The notes below the pieces were generated by a model. It searched no databases and had not been told where the DNA came from. It was given only the letters and a program-made list of their open reading frames with translations. The position numbers were made by a program, and so were the translations under genes. From the IMG/VR virus record IMGVR_UViG_3300029549_000021: a stretch of DNA of 35,344 nt; one strand, 5' to 3'. This document shows positions 1 through 8,895 of this stretch, piece by piece (the first letter of the stretch is position 1; every line of letters starts with the position of its first letter). The DNA comes from a virus.

Positions 1-108
1 CCGCCCCAGCCTGGCATCAGGCTTTCGGCGTAGGCGGCCACAGCCAGCGGGTCGGTGTCCTGCACCTGAATGTCAGCGGCCCGGCCCAGTAGGTGCTGGC
101 TAGATTTA
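1..108. repeat. Terminal direct repeat, copy A (108 bp, identical to 35237..35344); circular-closure or terminal-redundancy overlap
   Basis: Read directly. The first 108 nt (ccgccccagcctggcatcag...gtgctggctagattta) recur exactly as the last 108 nt of the window. Confidence 0.95.
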
Positions 109-326
109 GAGCCGCCCACCTTTGTGTTGTGGCTGGCGGTGCGGTAGCCGCTGGTGATGGTCACCGGCTTGCCGAAGTGCTCCCGGATGCACTGCAGCAG
201 CACCACAAGACCCTCGTCAATGAGGATGGTGTCGGTGCCGTCGCGGCAGCGGAACTCCCGCACACGGAATGCGGGGGAGAGCTGCTTTGCACCATCCTTC
301 TTCAGGCTGTACTGTTTGATCGCCAT
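1..326 (-). CDS. Endolysin, peptidase M15 family (VanY/M15A-type zinc peptidase), 5' portion; the gene crosses the circular junction and ends at 35149
   Basis: My own minus-strand translation (the gene is not in the ORF track because it is edge-truncated). ATG at 326 has AAAGGA about 9 nt upstream. Product: MAIKQYSLKKDGAKQLSPAFRVREFRCRDGTDTILIDEGLVVLLQCIREHFGKPVTITSGYRTASHNTKVGGSKSSQHLLGRAADIQVQDTDPLAVAAYAESLMPGWGG... Zinc ligand pattern SQHLLGRAAD is present. Segments 109..326 plus 35149..35344 total 414 nt and are in frame. Confidence 0.85.
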   Translation of the reverse strand, partial: MAIKQYSLKKDGAKQLSPAFRVREFRCRDGTDTILIDEGLVVLLQCIREHFGKPVTITSGYRTASHNTKVGGSKSSQHLLGRAADIQVQDTDPLAVAAYAESLMPGWG

Positions 327-352
327 ATGGATCACGTCCTTTCACGGCCCGG

Positions 353-505
353 TCAGGCGCTGGTCTTTTCGGTCAGCATCTCGGTCAGTTCTGCGTACTG
401 TTCATCGGTCAGCTTGGCGGCGGCGTAGAAGATATCCAGCTTCTTTTCCATACCGGCGGTCTGGCCGCGCTCGATCATACGTTTGCAGGTTCTATAAAGT
501 GCCAT
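353..505 (-). CDS. XkdX-like small tail-fiber-region protein (50 aa)
   Basis: ORF 353..544 trimmed to the ATG at 505, which has AAAGGA 9 nt upstream. Product: MALYRTCKRMIERGQTAGMEKKLDIFYAAAKLTDEQYAELTEML... Size, position (after the fiber, before lysis genes) and the ...T.EQY..L... ending resemble the XkdX family. Confidence 0.6.
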   Translation of the reverse strand: MALYRTCKRMIERGQTAGMEKKLDIFYAAAKLTDEQYAELTEMLTEKTSA

Positions 506-524
506 AGTAGTCATTCCTTTCTGT

Positions 525-953
525 TTATGCGGTGGTTTCATCATCGGTCACGCCCAGCTCCAAAAGAGTTAGGCGGTAGTCCTGGTCAAGGTTCAAAGCG
601 TCTGCGTCGGCAAGAGCGGCATTCAGCGCCGCCACCGTCTCCGGCAGCTTGTCCTTTGCTTCCTGCTTTTTGCGTTCTTCTTCCTGCGCGGCCAGCTCTT
701 CGGCGGTGTAGCGGATGTATCTCTGGATGGGTACCTTTTCCACCCATTCCTCCTGCGCCTGTACGCCGAGCACATCCACCACCCGCTGCACGTCCATGCC
801 GCCGTTCGGATACTCGGTCACGGTCTCCCAGTGCCACTGCTCCTCCACGCCCTCTACGGCAGGGTGGGTGATCTCTTCAGTGCTGGTGGTCAGATACCCA
901 AGCGTCAGGTCCGGGTTTTCCACGACCGCGCCGGTCTCGTCAAGGATCTTCAT
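525..953 (-). CDS. Hypothetical tail-fiber-associated protein (XkdW-position), acidic, with a coiled C-terminal half
   Basis: 142-aa ORF whose start overlaps the upstream gene. It sits between the fiber genes and the XkdX-like gene. I recognise no catalytic motif. Confidence 0.55.
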   Translation of the reverse strand: MKILDETGAVVENPDLTLGYLTTSTEEITHPAVEGVEEQWHWETVTEYPNGGMDVQRVVDVLGVQAQEEWVEKVPIQRYIRYTAEELAAQEEERKKQEAKDKLPETVAALNAALADADALNLDQDYRLTLLELGVTDDETTA

Positions 954-1252
954 TGTGTCACCTCCATGGGGGTCACATATTTGCCGATTCGCGAGTAAGA
1001 TACTTTTCCGTCAGGACTTTCAGCCGACAGCATCCACTGTCCGCCGGTCTTGCCGGAGTCACTGCGGTTTACTTTTACGCATCCATTTTCGTCCAGCTGC
1101 ATCGGGGGCACAAAGCTACCGTCGCTGCGCCGCAGGTGGAGTCTGATTTTGCAGGTTTTCCACTCTTCCGGGATGGCAAAGTGCAGACTGGTCGGGTGAC
1201 CCTCACTGCCAAACTGCAATGTTGCCACAGTGTCAAATGTCACAGGGATCAT
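950..1252 (-). CDS. Hypothetical structural or tail-fiber accessory protein (100 aa)
   Basis: The ORF lies in the late operon and its end overlaps the next gene's start (953/950). Its composition matches neighbouring genes. Confidence 0.5.
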   Translation of the reverse strand: MIPVTFDTVATLQFGSEGHPTSLHFAIPEEWKTCKIRLHLRRSDGSFVPPMQLDENGCVKVNRSDSGKTGGQWMLSAESPDGKVSYSRIGKYVTPMEVTQ

Positions 1253-1270
1253 CGCTCAAAACCTCCTTTC

Positions 1271-2107
1271 TCAGGCCACGCGCCGCCAGATGTGCACATA
1301 GTAGGCGGCAGGCTGCACGGTGGCGCTGCGGCCGTAGATGGCATTAGACTTGGACGCATCCAGACTGAACTTATATACATCAGAAAAGGAATTATATTCG
1401 CCCGTAGATGCGATCGCGCTGCCGGCAGTGAATGCGCCGGATACCTTATGTTCACCCTTTTTTACATCCGCGACAAAAGAGCCTGTGATGTTCGGCAGTC
1501 CGGCCTCCACGGTGGTGCCCGCTGCGTGGCCGCTGCCAGCACCCATCAGTACCCGGTTCTGCGCAATCTCCTGCCATGTACCGCCGAACAGTGCGGCAGG
1601 GCTGGTGGAATCTACCGAAATCCAAAATTTGATTTTCGCGTGGTCTTTTGCCAGAGCGTCCGCAATTAAGGTATTTACAGCGTCTGCGCTTATCACGCCT
1701 TTCAGCGCGTCACCTGTAGCTTTTGCGTCAGCCGGAGCGCCCTCGACGCTTAGCGTCTTATCGGTGCGTACAATAGCCGCAGCCCTGTCCGCTTCAGCTT
1801 TGGCAGAAGCGGCAGAGCTTCCCGCGCTCTTTGCGTCTGCGGATGCTGACTGTGCGCTTTGGATTGCGCTGGCGGCGGCAGTCTGGGCCGTGCTTTTGCT
1901 TTCTGCAGCAGCTGCTGCCTTTTCCGTCGCAGTGCTGGATGCTCCGGTGGCGGTCTGAGCGGCCTGCAAAGCAGCCTGCTGCTGGCCTGTCACTTCCTCG
2001 GCGCACTGCTTGACGTACTCCATGCCCTGCGCAATATCTTCGCGGACCTCCACACCGCGCTCAGCCTTACGGATTCCATCAATGGCTTCATCAAAAGTTT
2101 TATCCAT
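1271..2107 (-). CDS. Tail fiber / receptor-binding protein with an Ala/Ser/Thr-rich coiled region and a collar-like C-terminal domain
   Basis: 278 aa. The central low-complexity stretch AAAAAESKSTAQTAAASAIQSAQSASADAKSAGSSAASAKAEADRAAA is typical of fiber shafts. The C-terminus, LFGGTWQEIAQNRVLMGAGSGHAAGTTVEAGLPNITG, resembles phage tail-collar or baseplate fiber tips. Confidence 0.65.
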   Translation of the reverse strand: MDKTFDEAIDGIRKAERGVEVREDIAQGMEYVKQCAEEVTGQQQAALQAAQTATGASSTATEKAAAAAESKSTAQTAAASAIQSAQSASADAKSAGSSAASAKAEADRAAAIVRTDKTLSVEGAPADAKATGDALKGVISADAVNTLIADALAKDHAKIKFWISVDSTSPAALFGGTWQEIAQNRVLMGAGSGHAAGTTVEAGLPNITGSFVADVKKGEHKVSGAFTAGSAIASTGEYNSFSDVYKFSLDASKSNAIYGRSATVQPAAYYVHIWRRVA

Positions 2108-2125
2108 AAAACACCTCCTGTCTCA

Positions 2126-3769
2126 TTAGCCTGACATGTACCCCTTGAGCGATCGACTCAAATCGTAAGCATCGGACGCTTTGCGTGCACTCAAAGCCTG
2201 CAGGTCGCTGATGCTGGAAAACTCAGTGCCAAATGTAAACTCCTTTTTATCCGGCGAATCCAACGGCTCAACAAGCTTGGAGCACAGCAACCAGGTATCT
2301 ACACCATGCGGTGCAGAGAAAATGTGCGTTTGCTTTCCAATTGCAATACGGCTGACATCAATATCAGCGTCTTTCAAATCGACTGCTTTGACCGTCATAC
2401 CGTTCAGATAGCGCAGATTTTTGGCAAGTTCTTCCTCTGCCGCATCCAGCAAAGACTGCGGCGTGCTTTCGATGCCTTCAATAAAGATCACTTTTGTGAT
2501 GATGCCAAAAAGCTTTTGCGCAGCCAGATCGTTTGCAGTTTCTGTAATGGTTTCTCCCCATGAAAAAACAAGCCACGATTTCTTTCTGGCACCTACCGCG
2601 ATCACCCGCGTGTAGATATCCTCTGCTTTGACGTAGTTGGTCAAATCCAGCAAGTTGGTTCCAAAAGCCACCGTCTGGCTGTTTTTATCGGTGATTGCCT
2701 GCAGATAGTCCAGATACCGGCGCGGTTTTCCGTCATGATCTTCTGCATGGCGCAGCACCAGATATCCGCCGTACTTTTCCACCAGCTCATTCTGCAAGAT
2801 GTCCCATGTAACGCCGTAGTTTTTTTCATCGCCAAAGCTGTATGTAGGTTCCTTGACATCAAACAAAAAGCGGGGATCCGTCTTGCCGTTGATAGCAAGG
2901 CTGTATTTTCCGTTTTGCTCGGTGATCTTAAAGGTCTTGGATTCAGATGCCTGCTCAACGTTATAAATGGAGTACGTGCCAAAATTCTTGTTGCAAGTAC
3001 CGCAGACGATTTCGGCTTTTTTCACTTCGACCTTTGCAGCGTACGTTTTGCCCTTTACATAGGCTGCAAACAGACGCACGCGGAAATTGTTGCTTCCAAT
3101 CCGTGAAATAATGCGACCGTTCGCAATGTGCTCTTCACCGATTTTCCAGCTCAGGCAGGAAGCTTTGTCGCTCTCTGTTTGCTCATAGAAAATATTCGTC
3201 TTTCCATCCACGGGGTCTACAATTCCCCAATGGTAAATGTAATCTCCATCATCAGAATCGTAACTGTAACCCACCTGCACGACTTTGATGCCGTCTACAT
3301 AGGGCACGATCATGGGAATGTCCATCTCGACTTTTCCGGGAGCAAACGCCTTGTAAGCGTCAACCTGCGCGTTGTGGTTATCGCAGATCCATTCCAGAAA
3401 TTGCGAAAAGCTCACATTTTTTGCAGCGTACGGCGCAATGCCGCTGTCATTCAGATACGCAAGCTCCCCTTCGCAGTAGATTTTCTGACGCATCAAAAAA
3501 TCCTGCTCATGGCTCATAGGACGGCCCTGCCAGATGGAAACGCCGTCCTGCTCCACCTCCACCGTAGTGCGCAGCTTTTGCAGCGCAGAGTGTGCCACAT
3601 TGCCCAGCGGCATGGTAAACTCAAAAGAGCCAGCTTTACCCACTTCGCGGGTCAGCGTGGGGCTGATGAGCTTTTTCGTGTTGGTAATATCGCTGATATC
3701 GTGGATACAGACCTTAGTTTCCCATGTGTCTACATCCGTCTGCACGCCAGCATAAACTTTATAGCTCAT
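2126..3769 (-). CDS. Tail-associated protein Tal / phage minor structural protein (siphovirus baseplate hub)
   Basis: 547 aa, immediately downstream of the Dit-like gene and overlapping it by 4 nt. The N-terminus MSYKVYAGVQTD...SFEFTMPLGNVAHSALQKL...IWQGRPM...IYCEGELAYLNDS is typical of the phage minor structural protein N-terminal / prophage tail family. Confidence 0.75.
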   Translation of the reverse strand: MSYKVYAGVQTDVDTWETKVCIHDISDITNTKKLISPTLTREVGKAGSFEFTMPLGNVAHSALQKLRTTVEVEQDGVSIWQGRPMSHEQDFLMRQKIYCEGELAYLNDSGIAPYAAKNVSFSQFLEWICDNHNAQVDAYKAFAPGKVEMDIPMIVPYVDGIKVVQVGYSYDSDDGDYIYHWGIVDPVDGKTNIFYEQTESDKASCLSWKIGEEHIANGRIISRIGSNNFRVRLFAAYVKGKTYAAKVEVKKAEIVCGTCNKNFGTYSIYNVEQASESKTFKITEQNGKYSLAINGKTDPRFLFDVKEPTYSFGDEKNYGVTWDILQNELVEKYGGYLVLRHAEDHDGKPRRYLDYLQAITDKNSQTVAFGTNLLDLTNYVKAEDIYTRVIAVGARKKSWLVFSWGETITETANDLAAQKLFGIITKVIFIEGIESTPQSLLDAAEEELAKNLRYLNGMTVKAVDLKDADIDVSRIAIGKQTHIFSAPHGVDTWLLCSKLVEPLDSPDKKEFTFGTEFSSISDLQALSARKASDAYDLSRSLKGYMSG

Positions 3770-4506
3770 AGGCTTGCCCCCAAATACTTGATGCTAATGC
3801 TGCAGTCTGCCGATGCAGCAAAAACGAGGGTGCCCACCACGCCATCCGGCATAGTAAGCCCCTCGATATACTGCCAGTCGGTGGACTTGGCCAGAATGCC
3901 CACCTCAAAGCCGTTGAGAGACACCGCAATGTCAGCAGCATCCTCGCTGCGCTTGAAGTAGATACCGGCCGCACGGGGCGCACCGGTTATGGACACTTGA
4001 ACGTCCTTGTTTGCCTTGAGCGGGATATCCGTGTAGTTGCGCACAATATCATGCTCAAAGTTGAAATCGTCCCACAGCCAGTCGTTGGTGCCGTCGTAGA
4101 CGCTGCGCTTGAAGGGGTTGCAGGTGCCGGTGATGGTAAAGGTGCTGGAAAGCCGGTCGCGGGATGGTGTGACTTTCCAAAGCCCTTCCCAGTACCACGC
4201 CGGGTCTTCATCAAAGCGGCACTGCAGCCACTTGCCATGAATGGCATTGGCAATGGTGCTTTCGATGTAAGGCCACTTGCTTTTTGGCGCGTTGCAGAGC
4301 AGCTCCATGGTGATGGTGCGCTTTTTATAGTGCACCTTGCCGTCGTCCCATGTGGTCAGGTTCAGCAGCGAATCAGAGCCGGTGACCTGCACAAGGTATT
4401 CTTCTGGTTCTGCAGCGCCGATTTTAGGACTGCCTACCTTGAGGTACAGCCCCCAATCTGTCAGGGTGTGAAAATTGCCGATTTTTGCTCCCAAAAGCTT
4501 TGCCAT
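3766..4506 (-). CDS. Distal tail protein (Dit), siphovirus tail component family
   Basis: 246 aa. The start abuts the tape measure stop at 4506. This is the canonical TMP-Dit-Tal order. Confidence 0.75.
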   Translation of the reverse strand: MAKLLGAKIGNFHTLTDWGLYLKVGSPKIGAAEPEEYLVQVTGSDSLLNLTTWDDGKVHYKKRTITMELLCNAPKSKWPYIESTIANAIHGKWLQCRFDEDPAWYWEGLWKVTPSRDRLSSTFTITGTCNPFKRSVYDGTNDWLWDDFNFEHDIVRNYTDIPLKANKDVQVSITGAPRAAGIYFKRSEDAADIAVSLNGFEVGILAKSTDWQYIEGLTMPDGVVGTLVFAASADCSISIKYLGASL

Positions 4507-7500
4507 TACACACCCCTCGCTTTCCGTTCCACTGTCACGCCGATGCGTGCATCTACGTTGGTCGCCATGCGGGTCGACAGCACGCCCACCAGTTCACCGG
4601 AGTCCATGACCACCTGGCCCTTGCCGATGTCGGGCAGATGCTCGTCCAGCATCCCTTCAATGCGTTCCAGAATGCTGGTCTGCCGGTCAACAATGGACTG
4701 CTGGCCGGTAACGCGGTACTGCAGGGCTGCACGGGTGGAGAAGGTACCCAGACTGTCATACACGCCGGTCTTGTCAAAGGGGCTCTGGTAGTGGCTGACG
4801 GCGGTGTCATTCTTCTTATTGAAAGCACTGAACAGGGCAAAACCAATGCCCACTGCACCCACGGCAAGGCCGAGGATCGCGGCAAGCACGGGGTTCGAGA
4901 GGATCATGCCGCCCACCTGCGTGAGGATGCCGCCCAGACTGGTGGCGATGCCGCCAAGGCCGCCCATGCTGGAAGCCAGACCTGCAATGCTGCTGCCGAC
5001 CTGCGTCGTCACGCCGCCCATGGCTGTGCCGATGCTGCCCAGCACATCCACGATCACCGACCCGTTTTTACGCACGTCACCGGCAATGCCTGCAAAGCCG
5101 GAACCACTGCCACCCGCGCCCAGCAGCTGCTTTCCGGCATCCCAGATGGAGCCAGAAATGTCGCTGACGATCTGGGACAGGACTCCGTTGATCTGCTGGA
5201 TGATGGGCTTGCCGAAATCGTCGATGGCCTGCTTGGCGGCAGGCGCAAGACCGTTGTACAGGGTGGAAATGACCCATTCGCCGACGCTGAGCCAGTCCTG
5301 ACTCTTCACGGCTTTGTACAACGTGCCGAAGGTGCCCAGCACACCGTTATTGGCCTCTTCCTGCCAGCCCTTCACAAGGCCGGAAAAGCTGTTTGCACTG
5401 GCCTTCTTGAGCTCCTTCGAGGTCTGCTCGGAGCCGTCTGCGGCAATGGTGGTGACCTTTTCAGCCGTCATCAGAGCGCCATTGACGATCTCGTTAAAGG
5501 TTTCGGTAATGACCTGCTTGTGCTGTTCGGTGCCGTCGGCCAGTGTTTCCGTGACCGTTTTGGTGGAGGTCTGGATGCCATTCACAACGGCATCGGTGGT
5601 GGAAGTGACTGTAGACACCACATCCCTTACCGTTTCCATGGTCTGCTGCACGGTCTTTTTGCCGTCGGCGGCAATGCTGGTGACGGTCTTGATATCCTTC
5701 AGCACGCCGTTCACCAGCTGACGGCTGGTCTCGGTGATGGTCTGGGTCTGCTGCTTCTTTCCGTTGGAAAGCTCCTCGTTTACGGTCTGGGTGGTGCGGG
5801 TCACTTTGCCCAGCACCTCGGTCACCGTGTCAGAGTAAGAGTTGACCACCGATGCGGCGGCCTTTGCCGCTGTGCCCGCTGCTTTCCCTGCGGCGGCTGC
5901 CGCATTGCCGGACTTGGTATAGGCCGGGATAGCGATATCCGCCACGGTCTGGGCGCTGTCGGCAAGGTCGGTGTTGGCAGAGGTCCAGTCGACCAGTTCG
6001 TCACGGCTGGCAACATTGGCGATGGTAAAACCGGCAGTGGCTGCGGTAGCGATACCCGCCACTTTACCCTTGCCGGTCAGACCGTTGATGAAGCTTTGGA
6101 TCAGGTTCTTGCCCCACTGCACCGCCTGCGAGGGCAGGCTCTTGATCCAGGCTAAAGCGCTGGAAAAACCGCCCTTGAATGCAGCCAGCATGGAAGAGCC
6201 CATGCTCTTGACGCCGTTGGCCACACCGGTGAGAATGTTCTTGCCGATGTTCAGCCAATTCACTGCAGAAATGACCGAAAGCACCGCCTGCAGGATCTTC
6301 TTCCAGTTGGCCAGCAGGTCAGGTACGGCCTTTACAATGCCCACGCCCAGCTGCACCACCAGCGAGACGCCCTCTGCAAGGAGCTTCGGCATATTGTCGT
6401 TGATGATGCCGCAGATATTGATGATGATATCCGGCACATAGGCGATGAGGTCCGGCAGGCCCGCGATCAGGCCGTTGGCCAGCTGGGTGATCATGTCCAG
6501 ACCGGCGTTCACGAACTCCCCGGCATTTTCCCGCAGGTTTTCCGTAAAGGAAAGTAACTGCGGCAGAGCATTCGCCAGAAAATCCGGGATGCCTTGCGTG
6601 AAGCCCTGCGCCAAAGAGCCGAGAAGCTCGGTGCCGGTCTGCACCACTTCGGGCACAAGGCCGTAAATTACCTGCGGGATGCCCTGCAGCACGTTGCCGA
6701 TCATGGGCAGCAGGTTACCCACAAGGTAGGTCCGGGCCGTGTCCGTCAGTGCCTGCAGGGGTGCCGTCAAGTCTGCGCCGGTGCTCCAATTGCCCAGCAC
6801 GTTCTGGAAGGCCGCACTCATGGAAGCAAAGCTGCCGGTCAGGGTCGTTGCAGCTTCTCTCGCCGTTGTGCCGGTGATGTCCATGTCCTGCTGGATCACA
6901 TGGATGGCGCTGTACATGTCGGCCAGATTGCCCAGATCATAATGGACGCCGGAAATCTTCTCCGCGTCGGTCAGCAGACGCTGCATCTCGGCCTGCGTGC
7001 CGCCGTAGCCCAGCTTGAGGTTGTCCAGCATGGTGTAGTTCTGCTTGGCAAAGCCCTGATAGGCATTCTGGATATCCTGCATATCCGTGCCCATCTTGTT
7101 GGCGTTGTCGGCCATATCCACCATGGCCATGTTGGCAAGCTGGGCGGCGGCATTGGTATCCTTGCTCACGCTGGAAAGCAGGCTTGCCGCAAAGCTGGTG
7201 GTCTGCTCCATGTAGTCGTTGGCGGAAAGACCCACGGTCTTGTAAGCCTGGGCTGCATTGTCAAAAACGGTCTGCTGGGACTGCATCAGGGATGCATATT
7301 CGTCTTTAACGGCATCCACCGATTTGCCCACGGACTGGGCATATTCTTCCATGCTCTTGCCGCCTGCACCGAACAGCGTTTCAATGCCGCCGATGCTCTG
7401 CTGCAGGGCTCCGCCCATGTCGAAGGATTCCTTGATGAGCTTGCCAATGCCTGCCGCCGCCACGACCTTTTTGATGGTACCCACCAGCTGCGTGCCGATG

Positions 7501-7634
7501 CTCAGGCCGGTCTTTGTGCCAAGGCCGTCCGTCTCTTTGCCGAACACATTCTCCAGCGCGCCCTTGATGCCCTGCGCAGACGGTACGATCTGCACATAGG
7601 CTTTCGCCATTTCAATGTGATCTGCCACGTTCAA
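4506..7634 (-). CDS. Tape measure protein
   Basis: 1042 aa and the largest ORF in the window. It is Gly/Ala/Thr-rich with hydrophobic segments near the C-terminus and internal repeats (TITETSRQLVNGVLKDIKTVTSIAADGK versus VITETFNEIVNGALMTAEKVTTIAADGS). It follows the G/GT chaperone pair. Confidence 0.9.
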   Translation of the reverse strand: MNVADHIEMAKAYVQIVPSAQGIKGALENVFGKETDGLGTKTGLSIGTQLVGTIKKVVAAAGIGKLIKESFDMGGALQQSIGGIETLFGAGGKSMEEYAQSVGKSVDAVKDEYASLMQSQQTVFDNAAQAYKTVGLSANDYMEQTTSFAASLLSSVSKDTNAAAQLANMAMVDMADNANKMGTDMQDIQNAYQGFAKQNYTMLDNLKLGYGGTQAEMQRLLTDAEKISGVHYDLGNLADMYSAIHVIQQDMDITGTTAREAATTLTGSFASMSAAFQNVLGNWSTGADLTAPLQALTDTARTYLVGNLLPMIGNVLQGIPQVIYGLVPEVVQTGTELLGSLAQGFTQGIPDFLANALPQLLSFTENLRENAGEFVNAGLDMITQLANGLIAGLPDLIAYVPDIIINICGIINDNMPKLLAEGVSLVVQLGVGIVKAVPDLLANWKKILQAVLSVISAVNWLNIGKNILTGVANGVKSMGSSMLAAFKGGFSSALAWIKSLPSQAVQWGKNLIQSFINGLTGKGKVAGIATAATAGFTIANVASRDELVDWTSANTDLADSAQTVADIAIPAYTKSGNAAAAAGKAAGTAAKAAASVVNSYSDTVTEVLGKVTRTTQTVNEELSNGKKQQTQTITETSRQLVNGVLKDIKTVTSIAADGKKTVQQTMETVRDVVSTVTSTTDAVVNGIQTSTKTVTETLADGTEQHKQVITETFNEIVNGALMTAEKVTTIAADGSEQTSKELKKASANSFSGLVKGWQEEANNGVLGTFGTLYKAVKSQDWLSVGEWVISTLYNGLAPAAKQAIDDFGKPIIQQINGVLSQIVSDISGSIWDAGKQLLGAGGSGSGFAGIAGDVRKNGSVIVDVLGSIGTAMGGVTTQVGSSIAGLASSMGGLGGIATSLGGILTQVGGMILSNPVLAAILGLAVGAVGIGFALFSAFNKKNDTAVSHYQSPFDKTGVYDSLGTFSTRAALQYRVTGQQSIVDRQTSILERIEGMLDEHLPDIGKGQVVMDSGELVGVLSTRMATNVDARIGVTVERKARGV

Positions 7635-8271
7635 CCTCCTTCCACGGCACGCATCGCCGCTTCAAATTCTTCCGGGCTGTCAAAGCTCTGCACATCCGAA
7701 GCGCTGCCGCCTTCCCGGCCCTGCAGACCGTCCAGAATGAGCTGCGGCGCTGCACCCTTGCCAACGCACAGACGCCAGTACAGCAGGTGCAGTGTGTCCA
7801 CCGTCTCCGCCTGCAGCAGGGTCTCAAGCGGCACGGTCTGGCTGGAAAGCTTGAGCAGGCTGCGGCTTGCTTCCGGCAGGCCGGCAGCAAGGGTGGCGGC
7901 CAGATGCAGCGGCAGGGCCCGCCAGTCCAGAATATGGTAATACTGGGCAAAATCGCAGATCAGTGCGTCCTCGTCCGATGCGATCAGGTCGGCGAGGATG
8001 CAGAGTTTTTTCCGTCCTTGATGCAGGACACCAGCTCACCGAAGGCCTTGGCCAGATCGTCCAGCGCCACGGTGCCCTCCGGCGTGCGCAGGTGTTCATA
8101 CAGGCGCTTCTTACCCTCCGGGCCCAGCAGGTGGTTGATGGCCGTAAACAGGCATTTGCCGCTTGCGTCCGTATCCAGAAAGACCATGGCCTCAGTCAGC
8201 TCAGTATCCTTGCGGAAAATGTTCTCGTCCAGCTCAATCTCAAAGCCGGAACTGGTTTTAGCGGTGATCAT
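7631..8271 (-). CDS. Tail assembly chaperone gpGT-like fusion made by -1 programmed ribosomal frameshift
   Basis: I translated the -1 frame from the slip site by hand. It reads ...GKK LCILADLIASDEDALICDFAQYYHILDWRALPLHLAATLAAGLPEASRSLLKLSSQTVPLETLLQAE... with no stop until 7631, joining track ORF 7631..7834. Codon phase (8271 mod 3 = 0, 7834 mod 3 = 1) confirms a -1 relationship on the minus strand. Confidence 0.75.
7984..8271 (-). CDS. Tail assembly chaperone, gpG-like (zero-frame product, 95 aa)
   Basis: The ORF lies between the major tail protein and the tape measure. It ends ...CIKDGKNSASSPT and contains the slippery site GGA AAA AAC 7 codons before the stop. Confidence 0.8.
   Translation of the reverse strand: MITAKTSSGFEIELDENIFRKDTELTEAMVFLDTDASGKCLFTAINHLLGPEGKKRLYEHLRTPEGTVALDDLAKAFGELVSCIKDGKNSASSPT
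8005..8011 (-). promoter_or_regulatory. Slippery heptamer A_AAA_AAC for the -1 frameshift (gpG to gpGT)
   Basis: Plus strand gtttttt corresponds to minus strand AAAAAAC, read in the zero frame as (GG)A AAA AAC. This fits the canonical X_XXY_YYZ pattern. Confidence 0.7.
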
Positions 8272-8876
8272 GCCGTTACCTCCTTACTGACCGTGGCGCT
8301 CTGGGTGGCCTGGCTGGCAGCACCGGTGGCAGAGATCAGATATTCATAGTGGGTGTTGTGATCATCGTCCGGCACGGCGGAAATGGTGGTCTCGTAGCCC
8401 ACGGGGGACTTATCCGCGTAGGTGATGTCACCTACCTCGGTGACAGCTGCTTCCGGGATCACGACGCGCTTTTTGGCGTTGTCCTTCATCATCATATCCA
8501 CGACCCATACGCAGGCGGGCTGCGGGTCAGAATTTGCCTTGACAGTAATGCCGGTCTCCAGCGTGCCGGAAACGTTGTTGTCACCATAGACAGCCGCCAG
8601 CGCGTCCGGGTTCATGGCCTCAATCAGGGTGAATTTGAAGGTGTCCGGCTTTTCGCCCTGGGTGCTCAGTACGGTATCACCGCCCCATGCAGAGGTGTCC
8701 TCGCTGGAGGGGGAGTTGGCGTTGGTCAGGCCGTCCTCGGAGATGTAGCCCAGAGACTTGAAGGCAGTATCCAGTGCTTCAACGGCGTTCTTGGGCAGTT
8801 TGCTGCCTGCAGGCGCACGCCAGACGGCACCGCCCACCTTGGGCTTTGCCGCAGTGACATTTTTTGCTTTTGCCAT
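8268..8876 (-). CDS. Major tail protein (phi13-like family)
   Basis: 202 aa. MAKAKNVTAAKPKVGGAVWRAPAGSKLPKNAVEALDTAFKSLGYISEDGLTN... matches my memory of the phi13-family major tail N-terminus. It sits directly upstream of the chaperones. Confidence 0.8.
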   Translation of the reverse strand: MAKAKNVTAAKPKVGGAVWRAPAGSKLPKNAVEALDTAFKSLGYISEDGLTNANSPSSEDTSAWGGDTVLSTQGEKPDTFKFTLIEAMNPDALAAVYGDNNVSGTLETGITVKANSDPQPACVWVVDMMMKDNAKKRVVIPEAAVTEVGDITYADKSPVGYETTISAVPDDDHNTHYEYLISATGAASQATQSATVSKEVTA

Positions 8877-8895
8877 TTGTTTTGCTCCTTTCGGT

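Noticed and set aside
5400-5800. Internal ~30-35-aa repeats in the tape measure protein (TITETSRQLVNGVLKDIKTVTSIAADGK versus VITETFNEIVNGALMTAEKVTTIAADGS).
   Set aside because: The repeats are real, but repeat expansion is an ordinary feature of tape measure proteins. They are not reported as a separate element or finding.
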